The position numbers and the translations under genes were made by a program. From a virus (Duplodnaviria; Caudoviricetes), in IMG/VR virus record IMGVR_UViG_3300038809_000013, positions 1 to 27,457 of that record: a stretch of DNA of 27,457 bases. One strand, 5' to 3'. The notes under the pieces were generated by a model. That model had not been told where the DNA came from. It searched no databases and saw only the letters and a list, made by a program, of their open reading frames with translations. Every line of letters begins with the position of its first letter. Positions within the stretch are counted from its first letter, which is position 1. Of this stretch, positions 1 through 8,314 are shown in pieces.

Positions 1-108
1 AAGTCTAATGAGTTCGCTGAGAAGGTTTACTGGCACAACATGCACTCTATCGCCAATGAAATCATAGAAGCGATGGCAGCAGCACCGGAGGGCGGCAATG
101 AAAAGTGA
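1..108 (+). CDS. 3' end of phage hypothetical protein (partial), ends ...EAMAAAPEGGNEK*
   Basis: Frame 1 open from window start to TGA 106-108; AAAPE-type C-terminus common in phage early genes; overlaps next ATG at 98. Confidence 0.6.
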   Translation, partial: KSNEFAEKVYWHNMHSIANEIIEAMAAAPEGGNEK

Positions 109-503
109 AGACCAGCGCCGGGCCGATGCCCGTGACCGGAAGCGCGCACAGCGTCAACGCGAAAGAGAAGCGGCGAGCAGCGCCGCTGTAAGCGGCGAGC
201 AGCGCCGCTGTAAGCGGCCGTCACCGGATTACGTTCGAGGTTAGCGATCACATCTTCGAACAGATCCAGGCCAACTGCGTGGCGCGGCGTCCAGGCAAAG
301 AGCCGTACAGCGTCGATGAATACTTCGAGCTGCTGGCGGTGCAGGACATCAACCAGTTAAAGCTACAGCTTGCAGAACTGGCCAGCCATAAGTGCCAGTG
401 CGGCGAATCGATGCCGGGCCCGGCGGGTGGGTGTTTCCGCAATGGCGAAGCGGCCTGCGGTCAAACGCAGATTTGGCGTGACCTGATGCTAAAGACATTG
501 TGA
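98..503 (+). pseudogene. Cys-rich phage protein (RKRAQRQR...RRPGKEPY...CxC..C..C) frameshifted by a 22-bp tandem duplication
   Basis: ATG 98 frame stops at 242-244; deleting one copy of the duplication at 168-211 gives one continuous 127-aa ORF joining the 279..503 ORF. Confidence 0.85.
168..218. repeat. Tandem duplication of AAGCGGCGAGCAGCGCCGCTGT (2 copies + 7-bp partial)
   Basis: Exact copies at 168-189 and 190-211, then AAGCGGC at 212-218. Confidence 0.97.
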
Positions 504-543
504 CGTGTCACATGATAACGCGTGACGAGTCACGGCAAGTCAC
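499..543. promoter_or_regulatory. Paired GTGAC-N2-GTCAC palindromes upstream of terS
   Basis: TGTGACGTGTCACA 499-512, CGTGACGAGTCACG 521-534, half-site GTCAC 539-543. Confidence 0.5.
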
Positions 544-555
544 ACAGCACAACGT

Positions 556-574
556 CCGCCGCTTGGCGGTTTTT
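556..574 (+). terminator. Rho-independent terminator before terS
   Basis: CCGCC-gctt-GGCGG-TTTTT. Confidence 0.6.
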
Positions 575-607
575 CACTGCGTGTTATGATGTTACCAAGG
601 AGGTAAT
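563..607 (+). promoter_or_regulatory. Putative terS promoter with repressor operator GTTACCAAGGAGGTAAT (591-607) overlapping the RBS
   Basis: TTGGCG 563-568, extended -10 TGtTATGAT 582-590; operator matches four other copies in window. Confidence 0.65.
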
Positions 608-611
608 TATT

Positions 612-1160
612 ATGGCTAAAGACGGTAAACTTAACGCGCAGATGGAACGTTTCTGCCAAGAGTACATCAAGAACCCGGACAACCAGACGGCGGCGGCTTC
701 CGCTGCTGGCTATAAGAATGCGGCCGTGTCCGCATCGCGCAACATGGATAACCCAAAGGTGCAGGAACGCATTGCAGAACTGATGCAGCACCGGAACAAA
801 CGAACCAAGATCGATGCCGACTACGTGCTAAAGCGCCTAGTTGAAATTGACCAGATGGATGTGTTGGACATTCTGAAGGATGACGGTGGCCTGAAGCCGA
901 TCAGTGAATGGCCGAAAGTTTGGCGCACGACGTTAAGCGGGCTGGACATTTCAACGACCATCACCAATTTCGATGAAACCACGCTTGAGAACATACTGAA
1001 GAAGATCAAGTGGCCGGACAAAGTGAAGAACCTCGAGCTGATCGGTAAGCACGTCGATGTTCAGGCATTCAAAGAACGGATGGACGTCAACGTTAACGTG
1101 ACCCTGGCTGATCGCATGGCCAACGCCCGCCGGCGCGCATTGGAGAAAAATACCAAGTGA
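612..1160 (+). CDS. terS: Terminase small subunit
   Basis: N-terminal HTH (FCQEYI..NQTAAASAAGY..ASRNMDNPKVQERI) and KIKWPDKVKNLELIGKH; RBS AAGGAGG 597-603 supports ATG 612. Confidence 0.92.
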   Translation: MAKDGKLNAQMERFCQEYIKNPDNQTAAASAAGYKNAAVSASRNMDNPKVQERIAELMQHRNKRTKIDADYVLKRLVEIDQMDVLDILKDDGGLKPISEWPKVWRTTLSGLDISTTITNFDETTLENILKKIKWPDKVKNLELIGKHVDVQAFKERMDVNVNVTLADRMANARRRALEKNTK

Positions 1161-2629
1161 GTGATGACGAAGAGCTTCTGGAGCAGCAACTGGTTGAGGA
1201 TATCGCCAGCTTCACGCATGACCCGCATGGATACGCGCTATACGCGTTCCCTTGGGGTGAGGGAGGCACCGAGTTGCACGACTCTTCCGGTCCGCGACAA
1301 TGGCAGGGCGAAGCATTCGATGAGATTGGTGCCCACCTTCAAAACCCGGAGACTCGGCACCAGCCTCTACTAATCGCCAGGGCATCTGGCCACGGTATCG
1401 GGAAGTCAGCTTTCATTTCAATGCTGATGAAGTGGGGGATGGACACCTGCGAAGATTGCAAGGTTGTTGTGACTGCCAACACCGAGAACCAGTTACGCAC
1501 CAAGACCTGGCCGGAGATCGCCAAGTGGCAGCGCTTATCCATTACCAACGACTGGTTTAACTGCACGGCTACGGCCATCTATGCCAATGACCCAGCGCAT
1601 GCCAAATCGTGGCGGGCAGACGCCGTTCCGTGGTCTGAGAATAATACCGAGGCATTCGCAGGCCTACACAACAAGGGAAAGCGCATCATCCTGATTTTCG
1701 ATGAGGCATCCAACATTGCCGATCTGGTGTGGGAAGTTGCCGAGGGCGCGCTGACAGATGAAGGGACAGAGATTATCTGGGTGGCGTTCGGGAACCCGAC
1801 GCGCAACATGGGCCGGTTCCGCGAATGTTTCCGCAAGTACCGGCACCGCTGGAAGGGTAAGCAGATCGACAGCCGCACAGTCGAAGGTACCAACAAAGAG
1901 CAGATCGCCAAGTGGGAGCAGGACAACGGCGAGGATAGCGACTTTTTCAAGGTGCGTGTGCGTGGCGTTTTCCCTGACGCGTCCGAAACCCAGTTTATCC
2001 CCACTGGACTTACTGATGCCGCGCTGGCACGCGTAGTTACCGAACGCGACGTGGCGCATGCCCCGACAATCATCGGCGTTGACCCGGCGTACTCCGGCGC
2101 TGATGATGCGGTGATCTACATGCGGCGCGGGCTGCATTGCAAGTTACTATGGCGCGGTAGCAAGACCACCGACGAACTGATCATGGCGAAACGAATAGCC
2201 GACTACGAGGATCAGTACCAGGCAGATGCCGTGCATATCGACTTCGGTTACGGTACCGGCATTCACTCGATCGGTACAGGATGGGGCCGAGCGTGGACTC
2301 TAGTGCCATTCGGTAGCGGCTCAAGCGATCCTCAGATGCTGAACAAGCGCGGTGAGATGTACAACAACGCCAAGACCTGGCTAAAGCTCGGCGGCGCGCT
2401 GGACGAACGCGAGACGGCAGAGGACTTATCGGCGGCTGAGTACAAGGTGAGGGTAGACGGCAAGATCGTGCTGGAGCCGAAAGAGAAGATTAAGGAGCGG
2501 TTGGGCCGCTCACCTGGTTGCGGTGATGCCTTCGTGTTGACGTTCGCTTATCCAGTGACGAAGCGCCAGCACGCACTGCCCGGCGAGAAGCGCGGTGCAG
2601 CGGTAACCGACTACGACCCATATGCATAA
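1157..2629 (+). CDS. terL: Terminase large subunit
   Basis: Walker A ASGHGIGKS, Walker B ILIFDEAS, nuclease IIGVDPA, C-terminal GRSPGCGDAFVLTFA; GTGA overlap with terS. Confidence 0.95.
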   Translation: MSDDEELLEQQLVEDIASFTHDPHGYALYAFPWGEGGTELHDSSGPRQWQGEAFDEIGAHLQNPETRHQPLLIARASGHGIGKSAFISMLMKWGMDTCEDCKVVVTANTENQLRTKTWPEIAKWQRLSITNDWFNCTATAIYANDPAHAKSWRADAVPWSENNTEAFAGLHNKGKRIILIFDEASNIADLVWEVAEGALTDEGTEIIWVAFGNPTRNMGRFRECFRKYRHRWKGKQIDSRTVEGTNKEQIAKWEQDNGEDSDFFKVRVRGVFPDASETQFIPTGLTDAALARVVTERDVAHAPTIIGVDPAYSGADDAVIYMRRGLHCKLLWRGSKTTDELIMAKRIADYEDQYQADAVHIDFGYGTGIHSIGTGWGRAWTLVPFGSGSSDPQMLNKRGEMYNNAKTWLKLGGALDERETAEDLSAAEYKVRVDGKIVLEPKEKIKERLGRSPGCGDAFVLTFAYPVTKRQHALPGEKRGAAVTDYDPYA

Positions 2630-2648
2630 AAAAGCCCGCTATGCGGGC
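2628..2648 (-). terminator. Terminator between convergent terL and Gp49-family gene
   Basis: AAAAAA-GCCCGC-tat-GCGGGC; U-tract on minus strand. Confidence 0.7.
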
Positions 2649-2655
2649 CATATAC

Positions 2656-3015
2656 TTATTTGGCGTCGTGCAACTTCTGTTTGAGAAGGTAGCCTTCCAG
2701 CATCCAGATTTTTTGCACGGCGTTGTCGCGAGCGACCTTGCGGCCAATCTCGCCGTCAAAGTTCTCCGGGCTGGCGCAGGCGCTTTCGCCGGTAACGGTG
2801 AATCCGCTGCGCAGAACCAGGACGCAAATCGTCAGCAGGTTCAGTGCTGGGCTGCAATCATCCATTGCCGCCTTATCAGGCCAGGCCGCCTGAACAGCTT
2901 CGCCGACGTTGAGATAATGGCATTATTTGATAACGCTCTCGATATGGTCAGGCGTTATACGCGGTGCGGTTTTGCCCTTGGCTTGTATTTCCTGCTCGAT
3001 TGCTTTGTCGTTCAT
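2656..3015 (-). pseudogene. N4 Gp49/Sf6 gp66-family protein with in-frame TAA at codon 31
   Basis: ATG 3015 with RBS GAGGA; MNDKAIEQEIQAKGKTAPRITPDHIESVIK*CHY...TICVLVLRSGFTVTGESACASPENFDGEIGRKVARDNAVQKIWMLEGYLLK; stop at 2923-2925 in frame with ORF 2656..2865. Confidence 0.85.
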
Positions 3016-3030
3016 GGCTGATTCCTCGTT

Positions 3031-3055
3031 AAAAAAATGCCCTCACATGGAGGGC
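3031..3055 (-). terminator. Terminator/attenuator in the leader of the Gp49-family gene
   Basis: Minus strand GCCCTC-catgt-GAGGGC-ATTTTTTT. Confidence 0.7.
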
Positions 3056-3250
3056 GAAGTGGTACACACAGCTTCTGGGATAACGTTCGCAGCTATCGCG
3101 AAGCCACATCCACCAAGTACCGACATACTCCCCAGCAATAGGCACCTGTTTAAGTTCGGATGAAGCTTCGCGATAGATCATCGAGAGCACCGATACCAGT
3201 TTTATACTGTGTAAAAGTTTAAGTGGCTGGCTCGGCTTGCGCCCTCAATG

Positions 3251-3287
3251 ATTACCATTAAGGTAATTTTTTTGTTTATTACGTCAA
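3251..3287 (-). promoter_or_regulatory. Leftward sigma70 promoter overlapped by operator ATTACCATTAAGGTAAT (3251-3267)
   Basis: Minus strand TTGACG-N16-TACCTT; operator covers the -10. Confidence 0.65.
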
Positions 3288-3348
3288 CAAATTAGTCAAA
3301 ATAAATCTCATATGGTTTAATTGGTAATTATTTGGGAGGGTTACGCGC

Positions 3349-3552
3349 ATGTGCATGAGTTCGCCAAAGGTTTCATCAGCTCCGCAAGTACAGGCTGCGC
3401 CGCAAGCACAGGATGCAGCTGTCGTTGATGCCGCCGACAAGGACAAGGCCCGCCGCCGCGCCGCCGCCGGTCAGCAATCAACGATCCTCACCGGGGCGCA
3501 AGGCGCAACCGGGCAGGCCAGCACCACCGGCAAAACTCTGTTGGGTGGCTAA
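3349..3552 (+). CDS. Small virion protein preceding portal (T7 gp6.7/gp7.3-like position)
   Basis: RBS GGGAGG; starts MC; RRRAAAG.QSTILTG..G...GKTLLG pattern typical of this position. Confidence 0.8.
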   Translation: MCMSSPKVSSAPQVQAAPQAQDAAVVDAADKDKARRRAAAGQQSTILTGAQGATGQASTTGKTLLGG

Positions 3553-3554
3553 TC

Positions 3555-5240
3555 ATGGCTGAACAGGAAACCCGCAAGCAGTTTCTGCAGAATCAGTTAT
3601 CGCAGCTTATTACTGCGCGTTCGTCTTATGACTCGCACTGGAAAGAGCTGAGTGATTTCATCCTGCCTAACTGTGGGCGCTTCCTGACCACTGACGCCGG
3701 GCGCAACAAACGCAACACCAAGGTGGTTGACCCTACCGGCGGCCTTGCTTCACGCACTCTCGAATCAGGAATGCTGTCCGGCATCACCAGCCCGACGCGG
3801 CCATGGTTCTCACTGAACACCCCGAACAAACAGTTGATGGATAGCTGGCCGGTCAAGATGTGGCTCTCTCAGGTCGTTGAACTGATGAACGACGTGATGA
3901 ACAAATCGAACTGGTACCAGTCGCTGACTGTTCTCTATCGCTATCTGGGCACGTTTGCCACCGGTGCTATTTCCATACTGGAAGATGATGAAGACGTGAT
4001 CCGCACGCATGTTCTGCCGATCGGGAGTTACTACATCTCGAACAGCGATCGCCTGCAGGTAGATACCGTTTTCCGTAAGTTCTCGATGACCTGCCGCCAA
4101 CTGGTGGCCAAGTTCGGTCTGGAGAGCGTCAGCGATAGCGTTAAATCTGCGTGGGATACCGGCGCATATGAAACGTGGTTTGAGGTGGTGCACGCAGTAT
4201 TGCCGAACACCAACCGCGACACCGGCAAGCTGAATTCGAAGAACAAGCGATACAGCTCTGTTTATTACGAACCGGGCGGCTCTGGTGACAAACTGCTGAG
4301 CGAATCCGGCTTTGATGAAATGCCGATACTGGTGCCGCGCTGGGACATCAACGGCGAGGACGCTTACGGCTCATCCTGCCCCGGCATTCTGGCACTTGGT
4401 GGCGTTAAAGCGCTGCAGCTTCAGCAGAAGCGCAAAGACCAGGCAATCGACAAGCTGGTCAACCCGCCGATGATGGCGCCAAGCTCCATGAAGAATGAGC
4501 GCCTATCCCTGCTGCCTGGTGATGTTACCTACTACAACGGTGCTGGAGATACCCAGGGATTTAAGCCGGTATACGAAATAAACCCGCGCATTAGCGAATT
4601 GCTCGAAAGCATTCAGGACGGGCGCCAGCTCACCAACGAATGCTACTTCGTGCCGCTGTTCAATATGTTCAGCAACATCAACACCCGCAGCATGCCGATC
4701 GAAGCCGTCAACGAGATGCGCGACGAGAAGATGCTGCAGATCGGCCCGGTGCTCGACCGCCTGAATGATGAGCTGCTCGACCCTGCGATCGATCGAATCT
4801 TCAACATCATGAACCGCCGCGGCATGTTGCCACCGCCACCTGAAGAGTTGCAGGGCCAACCGCTGCGCGTGGAATACACCAGCGTGATGGCTCAGGCCCA
4901 GAAAGCTGTGGGGATTGGCTCCATCGAGCGCTTTGTTGGCTTCATCGGGAACATGGCCGCAGCCGGATTCCAGCAGGCTGCTGACAAGCTTGATGTTGAC
5001 CAGGCGATTGATGAGTACGGCGACATGCTTGGCGTGCCTACCACCATTACCAAATCTGATGAGCAGGTGCAGGCAGAGCGTGAACAGCGCGCGCAGCAGC
5101 AGCAGGCAGCGCAGAGCCTACAGATGGGCACTGGTGCAGCTGATATCGCGAAGACGCTCAGCCAGGCAGGAACCGGCGATCCTAATTTGCTGACCAGTAT
5201 TCAACAGGCCATGCAGCAAGGCCAAGGGGCGCAGCAATGA
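3555..5240 (+). CDS. Portal (head-tail connector) protein
   Basis: 561 aa; GITSPTRPWF, PRWDINGEDAYG.SCPG, LNDELLDPAIDRIF motifs of T7/BPP-1-type portals. Confidence 0.93.
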   Translation: MAEQETRKQFLQNQLSQLITARSSYDSHWKELSDFILPNCGRFLTTDAGRNKRNTKVVDPTGGLASRTLESGMLSGITSPTRPWFSLNTPNKQLMDSWPVKMWLSQVVELMNDVMNKSNWYQSLTVLYRYLGTFATGAISILEDDEDVIRTHVLPIGSYYISNSDRLQVDTVFRKFSMTCRQLVAKFGLESVSDSVKSAWDTGAYETWFEVVHAVLPNTNRDTGKLNSKNKRYSSVYYEPGGSGDKLLSESGFDEMPILVPRWDINGEDAYGSSCPGILALGGVKALQLQQKRKDQAIDKLVNPPMMAPSSMKNERLSLLPGDVTYYNGAGDTQGFKPVYEINPRISELLESIQDGRQLTNECYFVPLFNMFSNINTRSMPIEAVNEMRDEKMLQIGPVLDRLNDELLDPAIDRIFNIMNRRGMLPPPPEELQGQPLRVEYTSVMAQAQKAVGIGSIERFVGFIGNMAAAGFQQAADKLDVDQAIDEYGDMLGVPTTITKSDEQVQAEREQRAQQQQAAQSLQMGTGAADIAKTLSQAGTGDPNLLTSIQQAMQQGQGAQQ

Positions 5241-5536
5241 TGACTCGAGAACAGTTGCAGCAGCGCCACGCGGAAGACGTGAAGCAGGTGATGGCAATAG
5301 AGAGTGGCCGCCGTTTCGTTTGGGGGCTTCTCGATCAAGCTGGTGTTTTTCGCATCTCATTCACCGGCGAAGTTAACAGCACAATTTTCAATGAAGGTAA
5401 CCGCAATTCAGGGCTGGCGCTATTCAACGACGTGTTGAAGTTCTGCCCTGAACTGTACCTAAAGATGGCCGCCGAGGCCGAGAAAGACAGAGAGGCTAAT
5501 TATGGCAACACAACGCCAGAAAGTGATCCGGAATGA
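5237..5536 (+). CDS. Bbp19-like conserved phage protein
   Basis: GRRFVWGLL..AGVF..SF...FNEG.RN.GL; ATGA overlap with portal. Confidence 0.75.
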   Translation: MMTREQLQQRHAEDVKQVMAIESGRRFVWGLLDQAGVFRISFTGEVNSTIFNEGNRNSGLALFNDVLKFCPELYLKMAAEAEKDREANYGNTTPESDPE

Positions 5537-5765
5537 CGGCGGCGTGCAAGTCGTTGAGGTATTGAGCGGTGGCGGTTCGTCTGTGGCATGGGGCGACATT
5601 ACCGGGAAGCCGACAACGTTCGCACCTCCTGCAGCTACTGCATCTGTTGTTGGTGGTGTGAAGCAGGGCGCAGCGGTAGAAAACGCAGCAGCCGCACCAA
5701 CTCAGGCCGAATACAACGCGCTGCTGGCAAGCCTGCGTAATGCCGGCATCATCGCAACAAGCTAA
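5502..5765 (+). CDS. Head fibre/decoration-like protein
   Basis: RBS GAGG; WGDITGKP and GGVKQGAAV...YNALLASLRNAGII motifs. Confidence 0.65.
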   Translation: MATQRQKVIRNDGGVQVVEVLSGGGSSVAWGDITGKPTTFAPPAATASVVGGVKQGAAVENAAAAPTQAEYNALLASLRNAGIIATS

Positions 5766-5775
5766 GAGGCGCCAC

Positions 5776-6477
5776 ATGAATTTGTTCGAACGTTTAATGC
5801 ATCACCGCCTGTGCAGTGAAACACCAGCCGACGGTGGTGATGGTGGTGGCGGGACAACTCCGGCCGCTGCTGTTGATACCCCAGCAGATGGGACTGCTTC
5901 TGGCGATGCTGCCAATGGTGATAATCCCGCTGGTGAAGAGAAGCAGGCCACCGAGAAAACCGCTGAAGAACTCGCAGCAGAGAAGGCAGAAAAGGATGCG
6001 GCTGACAAGGCAGAGAAAGACAAGAAGTCAGCAGCGCCGGAGAAATACGAGTTCTCAGCACCAGAAGGCCAAGAGCTGGACGCCAACGCCCTGTCCGTGT
6101 TCGAGCCGATCGCCAAAGAATTGGGCCTGACCCAAGAGCAGGCGCAGAAGCTGGTCGACATCTACCCGCAAATCCAGCAGCAACAGGCTGAAGTCTGGAG
6201 CAAACAGGTAGCAGATTGGGGTGAGCAGGTCAAAGCCGACAAAGAGATCGGCGGCGATAAGTTCGAGGCCAGTGTTGGCTTGGCGCAACGCGCCCTGGAT
6301 CAGTTTGGCAACCCTGAATTGCGTGAATACCTGCAAGCGAGCGGTCTGGGGAATCACCCGGCACTGGTTCGCTTCTGTGCAAAAGTCGGCAAGTCGATGG
6401 CTGAAGACAGCTTCGTCGTGCCAAATCAAGGCGGTCAGCGTAGCACGGCCGACATTCTATACGGCAATAAGGAGTAA
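5776..6477 (+). CDS. Capsid assembly scaffold protein
   Basis: Acidic, Ala/Gly-rich N-terminus, APEKYEF, AKELGLTQEQAQKLVD, GLGNHPALVRF; immediately before MCP; RBS GAGG before ATG 5776. Confidence 0.8.
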   Translation: MNLFERLMHHRLCSETPADGGDGGGGTTPAAAVDTPADGTASGDAANGDNPAGEEKQATEKTAEELAAEKAEKDAADKAEKDKKSAAPEKYEFSAPEGQELDANALSVFEPIAKELGLTQEQAQKLVDIYPQIQQQQAEVWSKQVADWGEQVKADKEIGGDKFEASVGLAQRALDQFGNPELREYLQASGLGNHPALVRFCAKVGKSMAEDSFVVPNQGGQRSTADILYGNKE

Positions 6478-6483
6478 TACCGA

Positions 6484-7467
6484 ATGGCTATTAAAGGCAT
6501 CAACGCGCTGACGCTGGCAGACCACGCAAAGCGCATGGACCCAGATGGGAAGATCCCCGCTATCGTGGAACTTCTCGAACAAACCAACCCAATTCTGACG
6601 GACATGGTTTTTGTTGAAGGCAACTTGCCTACCGGTCACCGAACTACTGTGCGCACCGGATTACCGGCTGCAACATGGCGCCTGTTGAACTATGGTGTAC
6701 AGCCAAGCAAATCAACCACTGCCCAGGTCACCGATAGTACCGGCATGCTGGAGGCATATGCTGAGGTTGATAAAGCCTTAGCTGACCTGAACGGTAACAG
6801 TTCTGAGTTCCGCCTTTCTGAGGATCGCGCATTCATTGAGTCGATGAATCAGAACCAGGCTGAAACGGTATTCTATGGCGATACCCGAATTAATCCGCAA
6901 CGCTTTACTGGATTGTCTGCCCGTTATAACGATAAGTCTGCAAAGAATGCGCAGAATATCGTTGATGCAGGCGGCACAGGTTCAAACCTTACATCCATTT
7001 GGCTGGTGGTTTGGGGCACGAATACCGTGCACGGTATCTTCCCTAAAGGTCAGAAGGCAGGGCTGGACCATAAAGACCTTGGTGAACAAACGCTGGTCGA
7101 TGATAACGGCGGGAAATATCAAGGCTACCGAACTCACTATAAGTGGGACAACGGCCTGTCTGTCCGCGATTGGCGCTATGTTGTGCGCATTGCAAACATC
7201 GACACCACCAAGCTGGGTGCCGACGACGGCCCTAACCTGGCCAAGCTGATGGTTCAGGCTCTGCATCGCATTCCTAACCTGCAGATGGGTAAGGCTGTGT
7301 TCTACATGAACCGTGATGCAGCAGAGTACCTGGACATCCAGGCGACTGACAAAGCCTCCCTGGCGATCAGCGTGAAGGAAACCGAGGGCGTGTTCTGGAC
7401 CTCGTTCCGTGGCGTGCCAGTGCGCACCTGCGATGCTCTGCTGAGCACAGAATCTCAGGTTGTTTAA
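6484..7467 (+). CDS. Major capsid protein (epsilon15 gp7/BPP-1 Bbp17 type)
   Basis: 327 aa; EGNLPTGHRTTVRTGLP, DWRYVVRIANID, FRGVPVRTCDALLSTE. Confidence 0.93.
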   Translation: MAIKGINALTLADHAKRMDPDGKIPAIVELLEQTNPILTDMVFVEGNLPTGHRTTVRTGLPAATWRLLNYGVQPSKSTTAQVTDSTGMLEAYAEVDKALADLNGNSSEFRLSEDRAFIESMNQNQAETVFYGDTRINPQRFTGLSARYNDKSAKNAQNIVDAGGTGSNLTSIWLVVWGTNTVHGIFPKGQKAGLDHKDLGEQTLVDDNGGKYQGYRTHYKWDNGLSVRDWRYVVRIANIDTTKLGADDGPNLAKLMVQALHRIPNLQMGKAVFYMNRDAAEYLDIQATDKASLAISVKETEGVFWTSFRGVPVRTCDALLSTESQVV

Positions 7468-7475
7468 TCCCGGCT

Positions 7476-7503
7476 GAGCCGCCGGGTGCGGCTCTCCTTT
7501 CTC
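7476..7503 (+). terminator. Weak terminator/stabilising hairpin after MCP
   Basis: GAGCCGC-cgggt-GCGGCTC followed by pyrimidine tract. Confidence 0.4.
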
Positions 7504-7520
7504 ATTGATGGAGAGACAAA

Positions 7521-7967
7521 ATGATCCTCGACTATCTCAATATGTTCTCGCAGGCGCAGGCTGTTACGGCAACAGCGCCATCTACTGATGTTATCGATCT
7601 CGGCCCGCTGTACGCCGGCAACGATGTTCGTGACATTGGCCCCGGCTATCCGGTGGAGTTTTTCGCCCAGGTGGCAACCAATGGCGCGGCAGGTGGTTCG
7701 GCTACCGTGACGATCAGCCTGCAAACTTCAAAGACCAGCGATTTCGCCAGCGCTACCACGTTGCTGCAAACCGGTGCGATTGCCGTTGCTGATTTGAAGG
7801 TGGGTTATCGCTACGTCGGCACCGTTCCACACGGCGTGCAGCGCTACCTGCGCGTTAACTATACCGTAGCGACGGGCCCACTGACCGCCGGTGCTTTCAC
7901 TGCTGGCCTGCTGCTGGATGCTGATGCACAACGCAGCTACGCAAGCGCCTTCAAAATCACCGTTTAA
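7521..7967 (+). CDS. Capsid cement protein (Bbp16-like)
   Basis: MILD...FS.AQAVTATA.STDVIDLG...RYLRVNYTVATGPLTAG.FTAG. Confidence 0.85.
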   Translation: MILDYLNMFSQAQAVTATAPSTDVIDLGPLYAGNDVRDIGPGYPVEFFAQVATNGAAGGSATVTISLQTSKTSDFASATTLLQTGAIAVADLKVGYRYVGTVPHGVQRYLRVNYTVATGPLTAGAFTAGLLLDADAQRSYASAFKITV

Positions 7968-7978
7968 TGGGGCGTGAC

Positions 7979-8272
7979 ATGTCACAAACGAAAATGTACC
8001 GCGTCACACGGAAGTCATTCATCAACGGTCATCTGCTGGAAGAGGGCGATACCATCGAATACGGCGGCAAGGCTGGCGACAACCTGCAACTGATCGATGG
8101 CGAAGGCAATCTGCTGGAAGAGGGCGGCGAAGGTGGCGGCGACGACAGCACTAACCTGGAAACGCTTCGGCAGCAGTATGAAGAGTTGTTCAACGAGAAA
8201 CCGCACTTCAACACCGGCGCGGCTAAGTTACAGGCAGCTATCGATGAAAAGCGTAAAGAGCTAGGCGTTTAA
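7979..8272 (+). CDS. Conserved head-region hypothetical protein
   Basis: YRVTRKSFINGHLLEEGD N-terminus and LRQQYEELF..KPH C-terminal motif. Confidence 0.75.
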   Translation: MSQTKMYRVTRKSFINGHLLEEGDTIEYGGKAGDNLQLIDGEGNLLEEGGEGGGDDSTNLETLRQQYEELFNEKPHFNTGAAKLQAAIDEKRKELGV

Positions 8273-8278
8273 CCTCAT

Positions 8279-8299
8279 AGGGGCTTCGGCCCCTTTCTT
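8279..8299 (+). terminator. Terminator after head genes
   Basis: AGGGGC-TTCG-GCCCCT-TTCTT, cUUCGg tetraloop. Confidence 0.8.
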
Positions 8300-8314
8300 C
8301 CCAGGAGTCCTCGC

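Noticed and set aside
168-218. Repeat as CRISPR or mini-array
   Set aside because: Two adjacent copies with no spacers, inside a coding region; no cas genes
499-534. Bona fide matS sites
   Set aside because: Spacer is 2 nt, not the 3 nt of GTGACRNYGTCAC
522-611. Longer starts in the ORF track (522, also 5740, 18940, 20205, 21703, 24630, 24838)
   Set aside because: Extensions cross terminators, operators or neighbouring genes; RBS or family N-termini support the downstream ATGs
2641-3163. Plus-strand ORFs 2641..3021 and 2927..3163
   Set aside because: Antisense shadows of the Gp49-family pseudogene and its leader
3195-3225. Possible LexA box near TACTGTGTAAAAG
   Set aside because: No CAG-like half-site at the required N10 spacing
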